From: Sphaerodactylus townsendi
Lineage: Eukaryota
Length of the DNA stretch: 64,000 nt
Assembly (NCBI RefSeq): GCF_021028975.2
Contig: NC_059429.1
Location: forward strand, 57,908,001-57,972,000
Direction: 5' to 3'
Part shown: one piece after another, positions 26,101-56,301 of the stretch
Numbering within the stretch: position 1 is the stretch's first letter
Layout of the letters: each line of letters begins with the position of its first letter
The notes under the pieces: model-generated
Seen by the model: only the letters and a program-made list of their open reading frames with translations
Databases searched by the model: none
What the model was told of the DNA's origin: nothing
Position numbers and translations under genes: made by a program

Positions 26101-29100
26101 GGTACTATGTTGAAACCCTCAAGTAGGATGGCACGGGAAGGTCTTGTTGCAGAACTGGATCCTTTGAAAGTGGAGTGCAGAATTGAACTGTTGACCTGAC
26201 ATCTTGGTGCAGTGTGGCACATTTTATACAGCAGGTGTTCTGGGTTAGCTGACACTGTATATTGAGAGTTTAAAAATATGATTTATTTGGGGTCAGCTGA
26301 AGTCCTTTGCTTGTTTCCTTGAAGATAAAGCCCACCAGGTTCAGTGGAATTTACATGGAAATGAATGGAAGTAAGTGTTGCAGCCATAAAGTGATGAACT
26401 TGGTTTTTCTTTTTTCTTTTTTTCCCTTTTTGCAGTTGACTTTTGATTACTGTTAATACTCTACAATAAGTATATTTTATCAGGAAAAATTAAAATGTAT
26501 CATTTGAAACTGTTTATTCAATGTCATCTGATACACAATTTATTATAATGGGCTTTTTGATAAAATGAGAAACTTTGGCAGAGCTTAGTACCAAGGATTC
26601 CTGTTCTTTTTGCAGAAAACCTTGTTCAGAGAAACTTGCCAAAACTTGCTGTACACAATTGTCCCAGAATTTCCTAAGCAAGTCTTATGACTGGAGCTTG
26701 GCTGTAAACAAGCAGCTTTTAAATCACTAAACTGTTGTTGCTCTCATTCTCTGCACATTCTTGCAGAAAGACACTGGTGCTTTGAAATGTTTCTGAAAGT
26801 CTGCTAAACATTTCAGTAGACTGATATGCCAGTTTGTTTGCTGGATGGCTGCCTCTTACAGAATTGCTGTTTTTGTTCCAGATTATCAAAATACAAACTG
26901 AAATATTTAAACAGATTAAAATTTCAAAAATCTGATGGTAATGTGGTGGTTGTGATTGTCCCAGCCCAGGGGTCAGCAACCATTACCACCCAAAGAGCCA
27001 TTTGGACCCGTTTTCCACAGCCCCAAAGATCTACCGAGCCGGAGAGCCTCTGGTTCAGCCCCTCCACTCACCTTTCTTTCCAGCGCTGCTCTGTAGGGCC
27101 TGCCTGGTGCGGGAGGCAGCGGCACCGGGCAGGGAAACTCCCTCTGCCCTATGGAGCAGGCAGCTGCCTGCTCCGTGGGGTAGAGGGGGGATGGCAGGTA
27201 TAGGTAAATGCAATCCTGTCTTCTCCCCTGTTCAATTTTATCTCAACAACAACCCTGGAAGGTAGGTTGAGCTTAGAGTTATGTGATTGACCATAGGTCA
27301 CTTAGCAAGCTTCTTTGTCAGAGTGGGGATATGTACATGGCACTTCCAGAACCTAGTCCAACATTCTAACTACTGTATCACACTAGCTGTCATTCCTGCC
27401 CTGAGAAGTTTTGTAGGCTGAGAAGAATGGGACCTCTGCTGCAAAGGATTTCTGGCTCAATCTGGGGGCAATACTGGGTGTAGAGTTTTACATTTGGTTG
27501 GGCATTTGTTTATTATCAGTATAATATGACTGAGGAAGAGCTATGAACAAGCCCTCACTTTAACCCTCTGTGAGCCATTTGCATGACTAGAATGCAATCT
27601 ATTGTATTGCTAGTCAGTGGCTAAAGGAACCACTGTAAATCCACATCATGCCATCTCTTCATTATGGGTGACTTTTTAGCTATCCAGTAAGAATATGTTT
27701 ATTTTACTTCAGTTGGATATTTGGTTTCTTTCCTCCTCACTCTTCTTTTGTACACACTTTTTACAGATGCTTTTTATATATGACTCATATAATCTTCAGG
27801 GCTAGAAATGGAACTTTAAGCAAAGGCTATCCTGAGGTTCTCAGGAATTTATGGGGCTACACAACTGCAATGTATGTAATATAATATGATCTGTACCGGC
27901 TGATCTTCAGATGAGTGGAGCAAATAATCATCCACACGAGAATATTTGTCTAGACTATGTCTGCTTTTTATTGCTTGTATATTCAGTTCTTGAATGTACT
28001 GGATATTCTTATCTTTTTATCAAATATTTTATCAAACATTTTTGAAACATCATAAGGTTTGACGCTAGTTACTAGTAATTTGTAGCACTTACTGTGTTCC
28101 AATTTGTAAGTTGTGTTTTAAATTAGTATCAGTTACTTTCAAACAACATTTATTTATTAAAAATAGTAATTTACTTTTAATAACAAAACATGTAAATGTG
28201 AACAATTCAATTAACCTGGTTGTGGGTTTCCTGGGCTGTGTGGCCGTGGTTTGGTAGATCTTGTTCCTGATAGAACTTGTTCTGGTAGATCAATCATCTA
28301 GACTGGGCTGTGCAAGCAAATGGCTACTCCACAACAGAAATCAGAGGAGACCACTTTTAAGACCAAGAGAAACCCAAAGGACTGAGGAGAAACAGCCCCC
28401 CACAGGAAAAATATTTCTACCATACATTAAGAGAATCACAGATCAAATAGGGAAACTGATGAAAAAATATAACCCACAAGCAATCTTCAAACCTACCAGA
28501 AAAATACAGCAGATGGCTACACTCAGCAAAGGACAAAAGAGACCCTCTCACTTCTACAGGAGTCTATTGCATACCCTGCAGCTGTGGAAAGATCTACATA
28601 GGAACTACAAAATGCAGCATTCAGATTCATATTAAAGAGCACAAAAGACACTGTCAGCAAAACCATCCTTAAAATTCTGCAATAGCAGGACATGCTCTAA
28701 ACAAAACTGGATATAACATTTTATTTGAAAACACTGAAATTCTGGACAACTCGTACAGTTACTGTCAGACTACAGAGGGAGGCTATTGAAATCCACAAAT
28801 ACCAAGACAACTTCAACAAGAAGGAAGAGACTCTGAGAATTAACAAAACTTGACTACCAGCACTTAAAAACACCAGATTCAAAGACCAAGGGAATGCTAG
28901 GTTCATGGACAATGAACTCCCCCTGACACAGGATTTGCATTCACTAATACTGATATTGCTGCAGGGAATTCAAATGCGAATACACATGTAAATGGATTGA
29001 AAACCCCACCCGCAATGCAATGCAGTCAACCACACCATTGCATAGCAAGTTCCACCCAAAACACTTACTGATTGGTTCCCCACCCTGGGACATGGACAAT

Positions 29101-29891
29101 ATATACCCCACTAAACATTCCATTCTCACTGGACACAGTGTGTAACACTCTTCTCTATGTGATACACCTCTGAAGATGCCAGCCACAGATGCAGGCAAAA
29201 TGTTAGGAACAAGATCTACCAGACCACAGCCTGGAAAACCCACAACAACCAGTTGAATCTGGTCACAAAAGCCTTCAACAGTACATAAAATTCAATTCAC
29301 CATTTATCAAACAATTGGGGGGGGGGGTGTTCCTGTAATTCCAGTGTCAGCCAACCGTTCCTAAACAATTTTTTAAAATACAGGCAATGTAACAGTCATC
29401 ATGTATTGTTAAAATTAGTCTTGCTGACATAGGCATCAGGCCACTGTGTGGAGAAACTTTAATCAGTAAAATAAGCGCTGCTATGCTGTGAGGTCTATTA
29501 AACCTGCTGCTGGACAGGGAAGCAAGTGGTCCTTACTCTTGTTCTTGCAAAAAAAAATTATGCAGTACTGAACTTCGAAAGGACAGCTACCATATATAAT
29601 AGGGCTTCCTGGAATATTTCACTATAGTCCAATAAGACGTAGTGAGTTGTCTGGTCAGCTAACATTTCATTGTTAAATTGGCTGGCGTGCTTATTTTAAT
29701 TTAGCAAATTCTAGTGTAAGTAATTGGTGTTACTTTTTCCCCCCCCCCAGTTTCAAAAAGAATATCCACAGATCTATCAAAGGAGATTTCCAACTACAGA
29801 AAATGAAGCTATGTTGTTTGAAGATAAACCCACGATTAAGCAGCCAATACTCATTCTGCAAAAGCCAGCGTTCTTGACTCTAAGGCACTGA
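5139..29891 (+). CDS. DEPDC1: DEP domain-containing protein 1A, whole gene span. 12 exons: 5139-5186, 5916-6181, 6719-6869, 8832-8950, 10023-10153, 11277-11324, 17943-18083, 18490-19347, 19920-20092, 20388-20564, 24989-25174, 29751-29891. 2439 nt, 812 aa.
   Basis: Exons join in frame through GT-AG introns. The protein matches the remembered vertebrate DEPDC1: [32 protein letters not shown] (DEP domain), [42 protein letters not shown] (RhoGAP-like), FQKEYP.IYQ.RFPTTE. Confidence 0.97.
5916..6181 (+). CDS. DEPDC1: DEPDC1 exon 2 (DEP domain)
   Basis: Acceptor ttttgcag|TGG; [37 protein letters not shown]...; donor AG|GTAGT. Confidence 0.97.
6719..6869 (+). CDS. DEPDC1: DEPDC1 exon 3
   Basis: ttacag|A; [11 protein letters not shown]...[11 protein letters not shown]; donor CAG|GTAAT; phase fits exons 2 and 4. 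Confidence 0.92.
8118..8363. mobile_element. Degenerate hAT-type MITE (relative of the element at 22958-24100)
   Basis: Termini cagaggtcccca / tggtgaccactg; internal blocks catttggaattctg and gcttaacttcagt are shared with 22990 and 24000. Confidence 0.55.
8832..8950 (+). CDS. DEPDC1: DEPDC1 exon 4
   Basis: tttgtag|GAA; [39 protein letters not shown]; donor CA|GTGAGT. Confidence 0.92.
10023..10153 (+). CDS. DEPDC1: DEPDC1 exon 5
   Basis: cctatag|T; [43 protein letters not shown]; donor G|GTAAG. Confidence 0.95.
11009..11156. mobile_element. Palindromic hAT MITE, copy 2 (DEPDC1 intron 5)
   Basis: Same 148-bp foldback; TSD gtctagaa. Confidence 0.92.
11277..11324 (+). CDS. DEPDC1: DEPDC1 exon 6
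   Basis: cctgcag|AA; [15 protein letters not shown]; donor T|GTAAGT. Confidence 0.95.
12056..13345 (-). mobile_element. Possible solo LTR
   Basis: TGTAA...TAACA termini; minus-strand TATA-like motif (~13020) and AATAAA (~12530); no clean TSD seen. Confidence 0.35.
13530..13601 (+). repeat. L2-type LINE/SINE 3' tail with (TAAA)n; further copies at ~24486-24560 and ~42590-42640
   Basis: accgccc.gagccc..ggggat.gggcgg..taaataaataaa recurs three times. Confidence 0.55.
15272..15440. mobile_element. hAT-type MITE
   Basis: Termini cagaggcggag / ctacgccactg; imperfect 8-bp TSD cccctgag / cccctaaa. Confidence 0.55.
16324..16470 (+). mobile_element. Degenerate tRNA-derived SINE
   Basis: Box A-like tggctcagt and box B-like agttcaattccc. 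Confidence 0.45.
17943..18083 (+). CDS. DEPDC1: DEPDC1 exon 7
   Basis: atttag|GG; [46 protein letters not shown]; donor G|GTATG. Confidence 0.96.
18490..19347 (+). CDS. DEPDC1: DEPDC1 exon 8 (large, 858 nt, phase-symmetric)
   Basis: ctgatag|TC; SCGYIT...[16 protein letters not shown]...MGGSCQNL...KQLCRSQSL...[12 protein letters not shown]; donor A|GTAAG. Confidence 0.95.
19920..20092 (+). CDS. DEPDC1: DEPDC1 exon 9 (RhoGAP-like)
   Basis: ccctag|GT; [57 protein letters not shown]; donor TTG|GTAAT. Confidence 0.96.
20388..20564 (+). CDS. DEPDC1: DEPDC1 exon 10
   Basis: ttttcag|ATG; [41 protein letters not shown]; donor CAG|GTAAG. Confidence 0.96.
21460..22150 (-). mobile_element. Degenerate Penelope-like (Neptune-type) element fragment
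   Basis: Minus-strand terminal motif tgagctctgactcatgaaagctcatgctggaat..aaggtgccactgga resembles 47860-47940; decayed coding-like remnant near 21900-22150. Confidence 0.5.
22525..22672. mobile_element. Palindromic hAT MITE, copy 3 (DEPDC1 intron 10)
   Basis: Same 148-bp foldback; TSD tcctaaag. Confidence 0.92.
23108..23980 (-). mobile_element. LTR-like insertion splitting a hAT-type element (22958-24100)
   Basis: Sequence that is contiguous in the 8118-8363 copy is here separated by ~870 bp starting TGTTGC; minus-strand AATAAA at ~23310. Confidence 0.45.
24989..25174 (+). CDS. DEPDC1: DEPDC1 exon 11
   Basis: tttacag|AAG; ...[50 protein letters not shown]; donor CGG|GTAAC. Confidence 0.94.
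26967..27197 (+). mobile_element. Truncated copy of the hAT element at 31832-32488
   Basis: Shares caggggtcagcaacc..accacccaaagagccatttggacc and the GC-rich internal units. Confidence 0.75.
28217..29288 (+). mobile_element. 5'-truncated Penelope-like retroelement with decayed GIY-YIG endonuclease (DEPDC1 intron 11)
   Basis: [20 protein letters not shown] then, after a frameshift, [22 protein letters not shown]; short inverted copy of the terminal repeat at the 5' end; hammerhead-like motif at 29167-29207; flanking duplication aattcaattaacc / aattcaattcacc. Confidence 0.88.
29751..29891 (+). CDS. DEPDC1: DEPDC1 exon 12 (last coding exon)
   Basis: poly-C tract then cag|TTT; [49 protein letters not shown]. 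Confidence 0.95.
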   Translation, partial: FQKEYPQIYQRRFPTTENEAMLFEDKPTIKQPILILQKPAFLTLRH

Positions 29892-30035
29892 TTTACATTT
29901 TTTGAAAACTCACTTGCCTGATGATTTTCTTCGGACGATCACTATAACAACACTTTTGAGCCAATATGCTGAAATACTCTAAAATAGCCTAAATCACAAT
30001 GATGGTATCATTGTTTATAAATGAACTCATCTGTA

Positions 30036-30957
30036 AATAAATGCAAAAAGATTGTGTTAAATGAAATAAAAATGAAGGTGATATATGTGGTAACACCAGT
30101 AACCAAAATGAAGTGCTTCAGACTGGTGATATTGAGAAAATGAAATATATATGTTGTAACTTTTCAGGATATTGTTTCAGGGTATTGTTTCAGGGTGCAT
30201 TTAGAAAAACAGCCAATAAGATGTCCTTTATCTTCATTTTATTATGTATATGTATTTTATGGTTGAATGTTAAGTAAACATTGTGGGCTTGAGCCTTTTT
30301 AATTTGAGGCCATAAGTTTGAATAACATCTTTCGTATATTTTGCACTTCTTGTGAATTAAATTATATGCATGTCTCAGTGACATGTGCCCAGTTGTGACA
30401 GAATTTAGTATAACATGTTTTTGACAAAAAGCAACGAAGACTAGGTAATGTATCGCATTGTCTCAGAAATGCTATATAGAAAGTAGACAGTACAATTCTG
30501 TTTACAGTGCTGATTCCTTTTGTTCAAGTCTAACTTTTGAAAAAGATAGTTATCTTGCTTCAGCAGCTGTTAAAATAACACTTCATGCCTTCCCTATGCT
30601 GGCACCACTATGGGACAAATTACCTTTCATATTATTGAATTGTGTAACTTATGTTCCCTAATTCCACCCTTTGTACTATTCTAAGACTTGCCCTTGCAAT
30701 GTCTCTGTTTTCTTTCTATTGTTGTTGAATTCTTGTCTATATGTTCTGCTGTAGGAGTTGAGTATCTGGATCTTGATCCTTTTTAGCTTCATTGTATTTA
30801 TGGTAATAGCATGTTATTTAAGCTCTTTTTAATATATCTATCAAAATAAATTGTTTAATAAGCCCTGGTTTAATAAGGATAGCTGAAGAGAGTACTTTGC
30901 TGTGAAATGCGTTTCAGACAGTGTGTGCTTAAGCTGTCAAAATTGAACTTTAATAAA
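30036..30957 (+). terminator. Candidate DEPDC1 polyadenylation signals (AATAAA at 30036, 30065, 30845, 30952)
   Basis: AATAAA hexamers in the AT-rich region after the stop codon; which ones are used is unknown. Confidence 0.5.
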
Positions 30958-31831
30958 AGGATTAAATTCCTAAGCATAAAATAATGTATTTGAATGAGGG
31001 GGGGGGGGGGTTCTCCATTTTTCCTTCCACAACTGTTTTTTCCCATGAAAGCCCCCTTAACTTACCAGTCATTTCCCATGAAAGCCACCCTTTTTTCTGC
31101 TTCCTTCTCTCCTTTCTACTAACCTTTATCTACTTCTTCCCCCACTCCAAGCCTTTAACTTTCCTTCCTACCCTCTCCTGGCAGCCTCTCCCCAGGAAAA
31201 CTCTTACCATTCTTAGATTTCATTTAATGTCTTAACTATTTCAGTCCAGAATTTTGTACCCCTTCATATTGCCACCCAATGTCTGAGTGTTTTTAGTGCA
31301 ACACAAGCACCACTTGAAAGCTCTAAGCACCATTTTTGTTGTGATATGTGAGATGTGCTATCACCTACACATAATTCTAGTAAATTCTCTGATCCCCGCA
31401 TTAAATAACACTTTTGACATATTTTTAATGAAACTTATTCCACAGACATGTGATATGTATTGGCAAATCTTTTTCCCAACTATTTTTAGAAATTGTCTTT
31501 ACTTTCCAAATTATCCATCAATCTATACATTATAGATACCAATAGTTTATGTATCAGGATAGTTGCAAACTTATTAAAGCACTGAAATATATTCATCTGT
31601 TAATGTTCGGCTTGCAAGAAATGGATAATCTGAAGATACTGAAATAAGTGAAAGAGAAGCTTCACCATTTTCATGCTTGAGGTACAGAAAGGACTTAATT
31701 GTTTAGTCCTTAAAGTCAATCATCATTGTAGATCCAAACTATAATTATTAGATCTGAATGCTTCAATAAATTTAGTGTAATGTATAACTGGCATGCAGGG
31801 GGAAAACTGCAGCCCCAACTTCTCTTTAAAC

Positions 31832-32488
31832 CAGGGGTCAGCAACCTTTACCACCCAAAGAGCCATTTGGACCTGTTTTCCATGGCCCTGAAGATCTACC
31901 GAGCCGCCACTGGTTTGGCCCCTCCACTCACCTTTCCTTCCAGCACTGGGAGGGAGAGGCGCCGGGCAGGGAAACCCCCTCTGCCCTACAGAGCAGGCAG
32001 CCTCCTACTCCGTGGGGCAGAGGGGGGGATGGTGGCCACAATCTGCCCGGTGCCGCTGCCTCTCACGCTGTGGGAGGCAGCAGCGCCAGGCAGGAAAAAC
32101 CCCTCTTCCCGACGGAGCAGGCAGCCACCTGCTCCATGGGGCAGAGTGGGGATGGCGGCTGCAGGGATGGCAGAGGGGGTGGCGACTGCTCTGGAGGGAC
32201 ATGCCCACGCTACCCTCTGACCGCCAGAGATAACCTGGAGGTTGGAGGGTAGCATGGGTGTGTCCCTCCAGAGCAGTGCTGGAAGGAGAGGTGAGTGGAG
32301 GGGACACGAAAAGCGGCACACTCGTGCATAGAGCCACCTCTGGTTCAGCCTCTCCACTCACCTTTCCTTCCAGCGCTGCTCTGGAGGGACACGCCCACGC
32401 TACCCTCCAACTTTCAGGTTACGCGGAGCCACAGTATAAGGCTGAAAGAGCCACATGCGGCTCTGGAGCCGCGGGTTGCAGACCCCTG
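31832..32488. mobile_element. Non-autonomous hAT element between DEPDC1 and RPE65
   Basis: TIR caggggtc.gcaacc / ggttgcagacccctg; perfect 8-bp TSD ctttaaac; internal direct and inverted GC-rich subrepeats. Confidence 0.88.
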
Positions 32489-35400
32489 CTTTAAACTAAC
32501 CACAGCATAGCTAGTGCAGTTTGAATAGGATTTGTTCCAGGGTCAGCTTGATGTCTTTTTTCCCCTTCCAAATTCAGTATTCAAGTGCAATTTATTCTAT
32601 ACTGAGGCTGGCAATACTGTTGTGTTTGCCTAGTAATAGGTACATGTTCTGTTTTTCTTACTTGGAGTTTTCACCACACACATGTATTTTTTATAAAGAT
32701 CTCAGATATCTCTGCAAACCATGGACTTTTCTCAGACTTACAGAAAGTTCTATCCTTTTTAGCCATGGCCGCAGTATCTAGATTTAAGTATCCACAGATG
32801 GGACAATGTTAAGAAGTAGATATATTGATTTTACATTCACTTTATTTTTACTGACTTGTGTCCCAAGCCCTGCCTGTGGTTTCATGAAATGTATCTTTAC
32901 TACTATTCCCCTCTCACTACAGATATTCCTTAAGGCTTTTGGATTCTTATGAATGGCATGGAATGCAACATTGGTTTAAACACAGGAAATTGGCAGAAAT
33001 CAGCCTTTCCCACTCCTGAAAAAACTTCCTCAAGTGGAGTAAGAGTTTGCTCAGAAATGAAATATTCTAATTCTCCCTTTGTACTATAACCTACACTGTT
33101 CACAAGAATTCCTCAGTGCTCAAAAGCAGCTCTTCTGTGCCACAGGGAGACTAATTTGTGAGACTAATTCCATATTCTATAGAATATATATAGAATAGAA
33201 TATATAATATATTCTATAAAATATAGAATATTGCTACAAAAGATAAGCAGATGATTTAAGAATTTATTCACAGTGTAATATGCAACATCTTATTTGTGCC
33301 ATAGGCTACTTATTTGAATCTGTTATTACATTGTTCTAGTTGATCAAAAACACATCATGTATGCATGGTGTGTGGAGTTATTAGCTGAATTTTTAGGTAT
33401 AGTCATAGACGTATAGATGTACAAAGCACAGATTGCAAACAGGATTAGATTTTTGTTAAAACTGAAAAACAAGTTAAGAACTTAATCTTGAAGAAGGCGC
33501 TTAGTGCTGAATGTTATATACTTATTCTCACTGGACCTTAAGCACTTCCAGCAGAAGTTTCTAAATTCCTTCAGTCAAAGAACAAGTTGTTTAATTTATA
33601 CCATTCAAGGTATCAACCCCACTGGCCTTTATTGTTCAGTCAACAATGCTACAGTAACAGAAGAAGCTAAAATGTCCCTGTTGTTCTCAAAATTCAGTAA
33701 CCTTCTGTGGTCTTGGTTTCTTCTCAGTTCCTTTTCCATGACTTCCTTGCCAGTGCTGCACCACACCTGTTTCTAGATTCTGTATACATTTGTATTCCAA
33801 TCCTGTTTTCTCCCTGGATTTTTTGTTTCAGCAGTTCCATGTGTTCACACTCCCTTTGTTTCTTCAGGTCCCTGTTCCATGCCATTTTTTTTCTCCCTTC
33901 TCACTGAGTCTGAAGTTTCTTGATATCATTCTGTCAAGTAGCTCCTTAACTTAGTCTCCTGTACCTGTTTCCCTTGCCCAGGCCACTGCCTAATCTCTAC
34001 CCTGTCTTCCAGGCTTCTATATCCCTTCTTTTGGGAACCCATCTTCTGCCACCGGCTGTGAGATTTCAATCCCAGCTAAAATAGCAACATTTCAGAAGTT
34101 ACATTAGCTTCCAGGGGCATACTGGCCACGGGAACATGGGGTATCCCATGTCTTTGGGTGCAGCCTATTCAGTCATGTGGGGGTGCAAAATCGCCCCCAC
34201 ACCCCCTCCTTCCCTCTCCCCTCTGTGCCCACTCCAGCTATTGGGGGGCCCCATAAGGGCCTTTGGGGTGTGGAGACACTCAGCTGCATACCCAGGTGGG
34301 GGCAGCCAGTTGGCCTACATCTTCAGGTGGCAAGGGCACTGTGGAGACATGGCACCAGCCTCACTCCCAGTTACTTGCCATTCCATGGTTTCCTCCAGCA
34401 GGTGGGCAGGGACAGGATATTTCTTTGGGCAGCGGGCAGGTTGCCTGATGCTAGGATCCGTCCCCATGCTGTACTTCTTCTCCCTTATCTGGATTTAATA
34501 AACAAACTGTAGCCAAGAAATTTTACTAGAAACAAAATGGTGTGTGTTTTCTTTTCTCTCTGGCGCCCCCTTATCTCTTCTCGAACCTACAGTTTGTGAA
34601 GGTGTGAATCTATGGCTGATTTTTCACGGTCAAAATGTTCCATTGTTAGCAGGGAGAATACTCCTGTGCAGCGGGGAGTTCTTCACACCTCCTGGTACTG
34701 CAGCGGGTCTGCCACATTGTTGCCCCAGCAGTGCCCTGTGTTATTGGCTTTGCTTTGTGGCTTTCAAAAACTGCCAAATTTGAGGTTCTTTTTGGAATGC
34801 TTCTTTGTTACTCAGATGTCTTCCGCTACCGTGAAAAACTCCTCAGCAGCAGAACTGGGGCCATTTTTCCCGCCTTACTGCTCTGGCTCACCCCATCAAT
34901 CAACAGGTGCTGAGAATCGGCACTCTCCCCCCCCCCCCCCAGCACGAAAAATCCTTGCGTGTTTTTAGACGGAGCGGGGGAAGACAGTGTTTCTTTCGCA
35001 CACACAATGGGTTTAAACAGAGCGGGGTGGAGGATGACGATTCTCTCACACATGCAAGGATTCTAGACAGTGGGGACAAGGGCACCTATTCTCAGCACCT
35101 GTGTTGTGTTAAGAGTAATTTAAAACTAAAATAGTGAAAGTGCGTGAGGGGAGATTCAGCCAGTCAGAATGCGGGAAATGAAGGTTGTCCACGCATGCGT
35201 GGAAGACATTGGAAAGAGCTCGTGGTCCAAATGGAAAAGCACCAGGCTCGTGAAGAAACAGCACATAATATGCCAGCCCTGCCTTGAATCCCAGGAAGAA
35301 CAGGGGAGCTGTGGGGAGTCAGAAGCAGGGTCACGGCAGGTAAGCTCCCAGATCTACCACGGGGCATTTGGGCTGTGAAAAATCAGCCTGTGTATCTCTA

Positions 35401-36254
35401 TCCTGTGAAGGGCAGCATTATCAGTTTCATAATTAATACAATAACTTATTTCTGTTCTCTTTAGCAGTGCTTGTGCCTTGGATGAAAGCAATTCACACAG
35501 TACTGGGTTATACAATGTAAATGATCTGTTTTGCAAGAATTAATCTTAGGCAACAAATCCTGGAATGTTTTAGTCACAGCATTTTAGCCTTGGGTGTCAG
35601 GTAACTATTAGGCCATGGCTCCTTGCACTGGTTTGAAAGGGCTGCCTGTGCAAATATAATCAAACTACTGAGGTGGTTGTGTATATGCCTAATCAGAGGT
35701 TTATCAGAAAACCCTACATACCTTTATTACCTATTTGTTTCACCTTCTCCCTCCATTCCTGATACGTATGTATTCTGTAGAACTCTGAAGACTGCATTCC
35801 CTTTACACTAAGGGTTCAGTTAAATTATGCCATTTTTATTTTTTTTATTTTATAACCGTCTGTATTGTGTATTTCCAAATCATAACTTGATGAAGGCGAC
35901 AAAATAAAAATATTTGACACACAAAACATTATTTCACTGGTCAAAAAAAAATCTGCTGTGAACAGAAGTTATGCTTGTAAGGCATATGCTCTCAGATAAA
36001 TTAGTAATTGTAGGACCATGCTGACGTATTCTGCTTGTTATGTTCATTATAGCCTCTCCAGAGAAGCAAAAGCAGGGTTTGATCCTTCATATATGATACA
36101 TGGAGATGACTTATACATATTTGGCGCCAGCAGTGTGCCTGCCTGGAACCAGTTCCTCTAAATTGGAAATTTGGGCACTGGAGTAATGGTTGTTGCCAAG
36201 GAGCAAGCACATTACTTGCTGTGTGACTATAGTCTGGTCTCCTTGTCCTTGTTT

Positions 36255-36450
36255 CTTTGTAATCCATTTCTGCTTGAGGATTTAGGTCTCTGGAAAACAT
36301 TCAAAAACCTTTGAACAGCAGGACAAAATCTCATAAAGCTTCAGGGGGATTTGAGTGCTGAAAGGTACTTCTGTTCACTAAAGCAAGCTGATTGGCTTCT
36401 ATTCTTTCTTAAAGCCTCTACTCCAGGAAGACCTAGCATTCATATAAACA
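36255..36450 (+). promoter_or_regulatory. RPE65 proximal promoter: OTX/CRX-type TAATCC (36260), inverted CCAAT (36391), TATA-like CATATAAA (36441)
   Basis: Motifs seen directly 70-260 nt upstream of the ATG. The blocks aggtctctggaaaaca and tcagggggat...gctgaaag..acttctgttc resemble the remembered mammalian RPE65 promoter. Confidence 0.7.
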
Positions 36451-36517
36451 CCCACTCCACATCTCTGACTGTTGTAGTTTGCACGGCTCAAGAAAGTTCC
36501 AATCTTTCATTGAGGAC

Positions 36518-55799
<19,282 letters not shown>

Positions 55800-56295
55800 T
55801 ACCAGTCTTAAGTACACCATCACTGCAACCTGTCTTTTAGAATAATGGATGCAGCTCTAAACTGAATTCAAAAATAGCACTCTTCCCAGTATTGGGCAAT
55901 GACTTGTAAAATTTGTCTGGTAAGACTAAGAATGTGCTCTTTTTTTTTTTTGAAGTGTTAGAAGTCAGATACAGTTAATGCTTCAAAAAAGGGCAAATCC
56001 ACAGAATTTAAACATGCTTTTGAGAGCCTTGCATACTGTAATGTAAATATGTCTGAAAACTGTCAGCACTGTATCTCATTAATAGTGTTTTAAGGATATT
56101 AGCACTTCATACTGACAAGTACATTTAAAAGTCATTCTAGCACAAAAACTGGGAAAATGATTAATCATAAAGATGTAACTATCTTATTTGTTGTCCACCT
56201 TCATCAGTCCACTTCGTTGAAACTCAAATGTATACAGACTGCACTCTTCCTACAGTTTTGCAGTTATGAAGTACAGTGTATACCATGAATAATGC

Positions 56296-56301
56296 AATAA
56301 A
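56296..56301 (+). terminator. Candidate RPE65 polyadenylation signal AATAAA
   Basis: AATAAA about 500 nt after the stop codon. Confidence 0.5.

Noticed and set aside
26615-26937. Acceptor- and donor-like sites suggesting extra DEPDC1 exons in intron 11
   Set aside because: Exons 11 and 12 already join in frame to the expected length, and there is no homology support. RNA-seq would be needed.
31780-32510. Cluster of GC-rich ORFs between the two genes
   Set aside because: They lie within the hAT element bounded by TSD ctttaaac and show no transposase motifs.
33171-33232. AT-rich palindromic stretch (tattctatagaata); also short tandem duplications at ~14525, ~37853 and ~39924
   Set aside because: Low-complexity slippage products with no sign of function.
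34136-35378. Several ORFs of 60-120 aa upstream of the RPE65 promoter
   Set aside because: No recognisable domains or splice structure; the region looks like decayed GC-rich repeat sequence.
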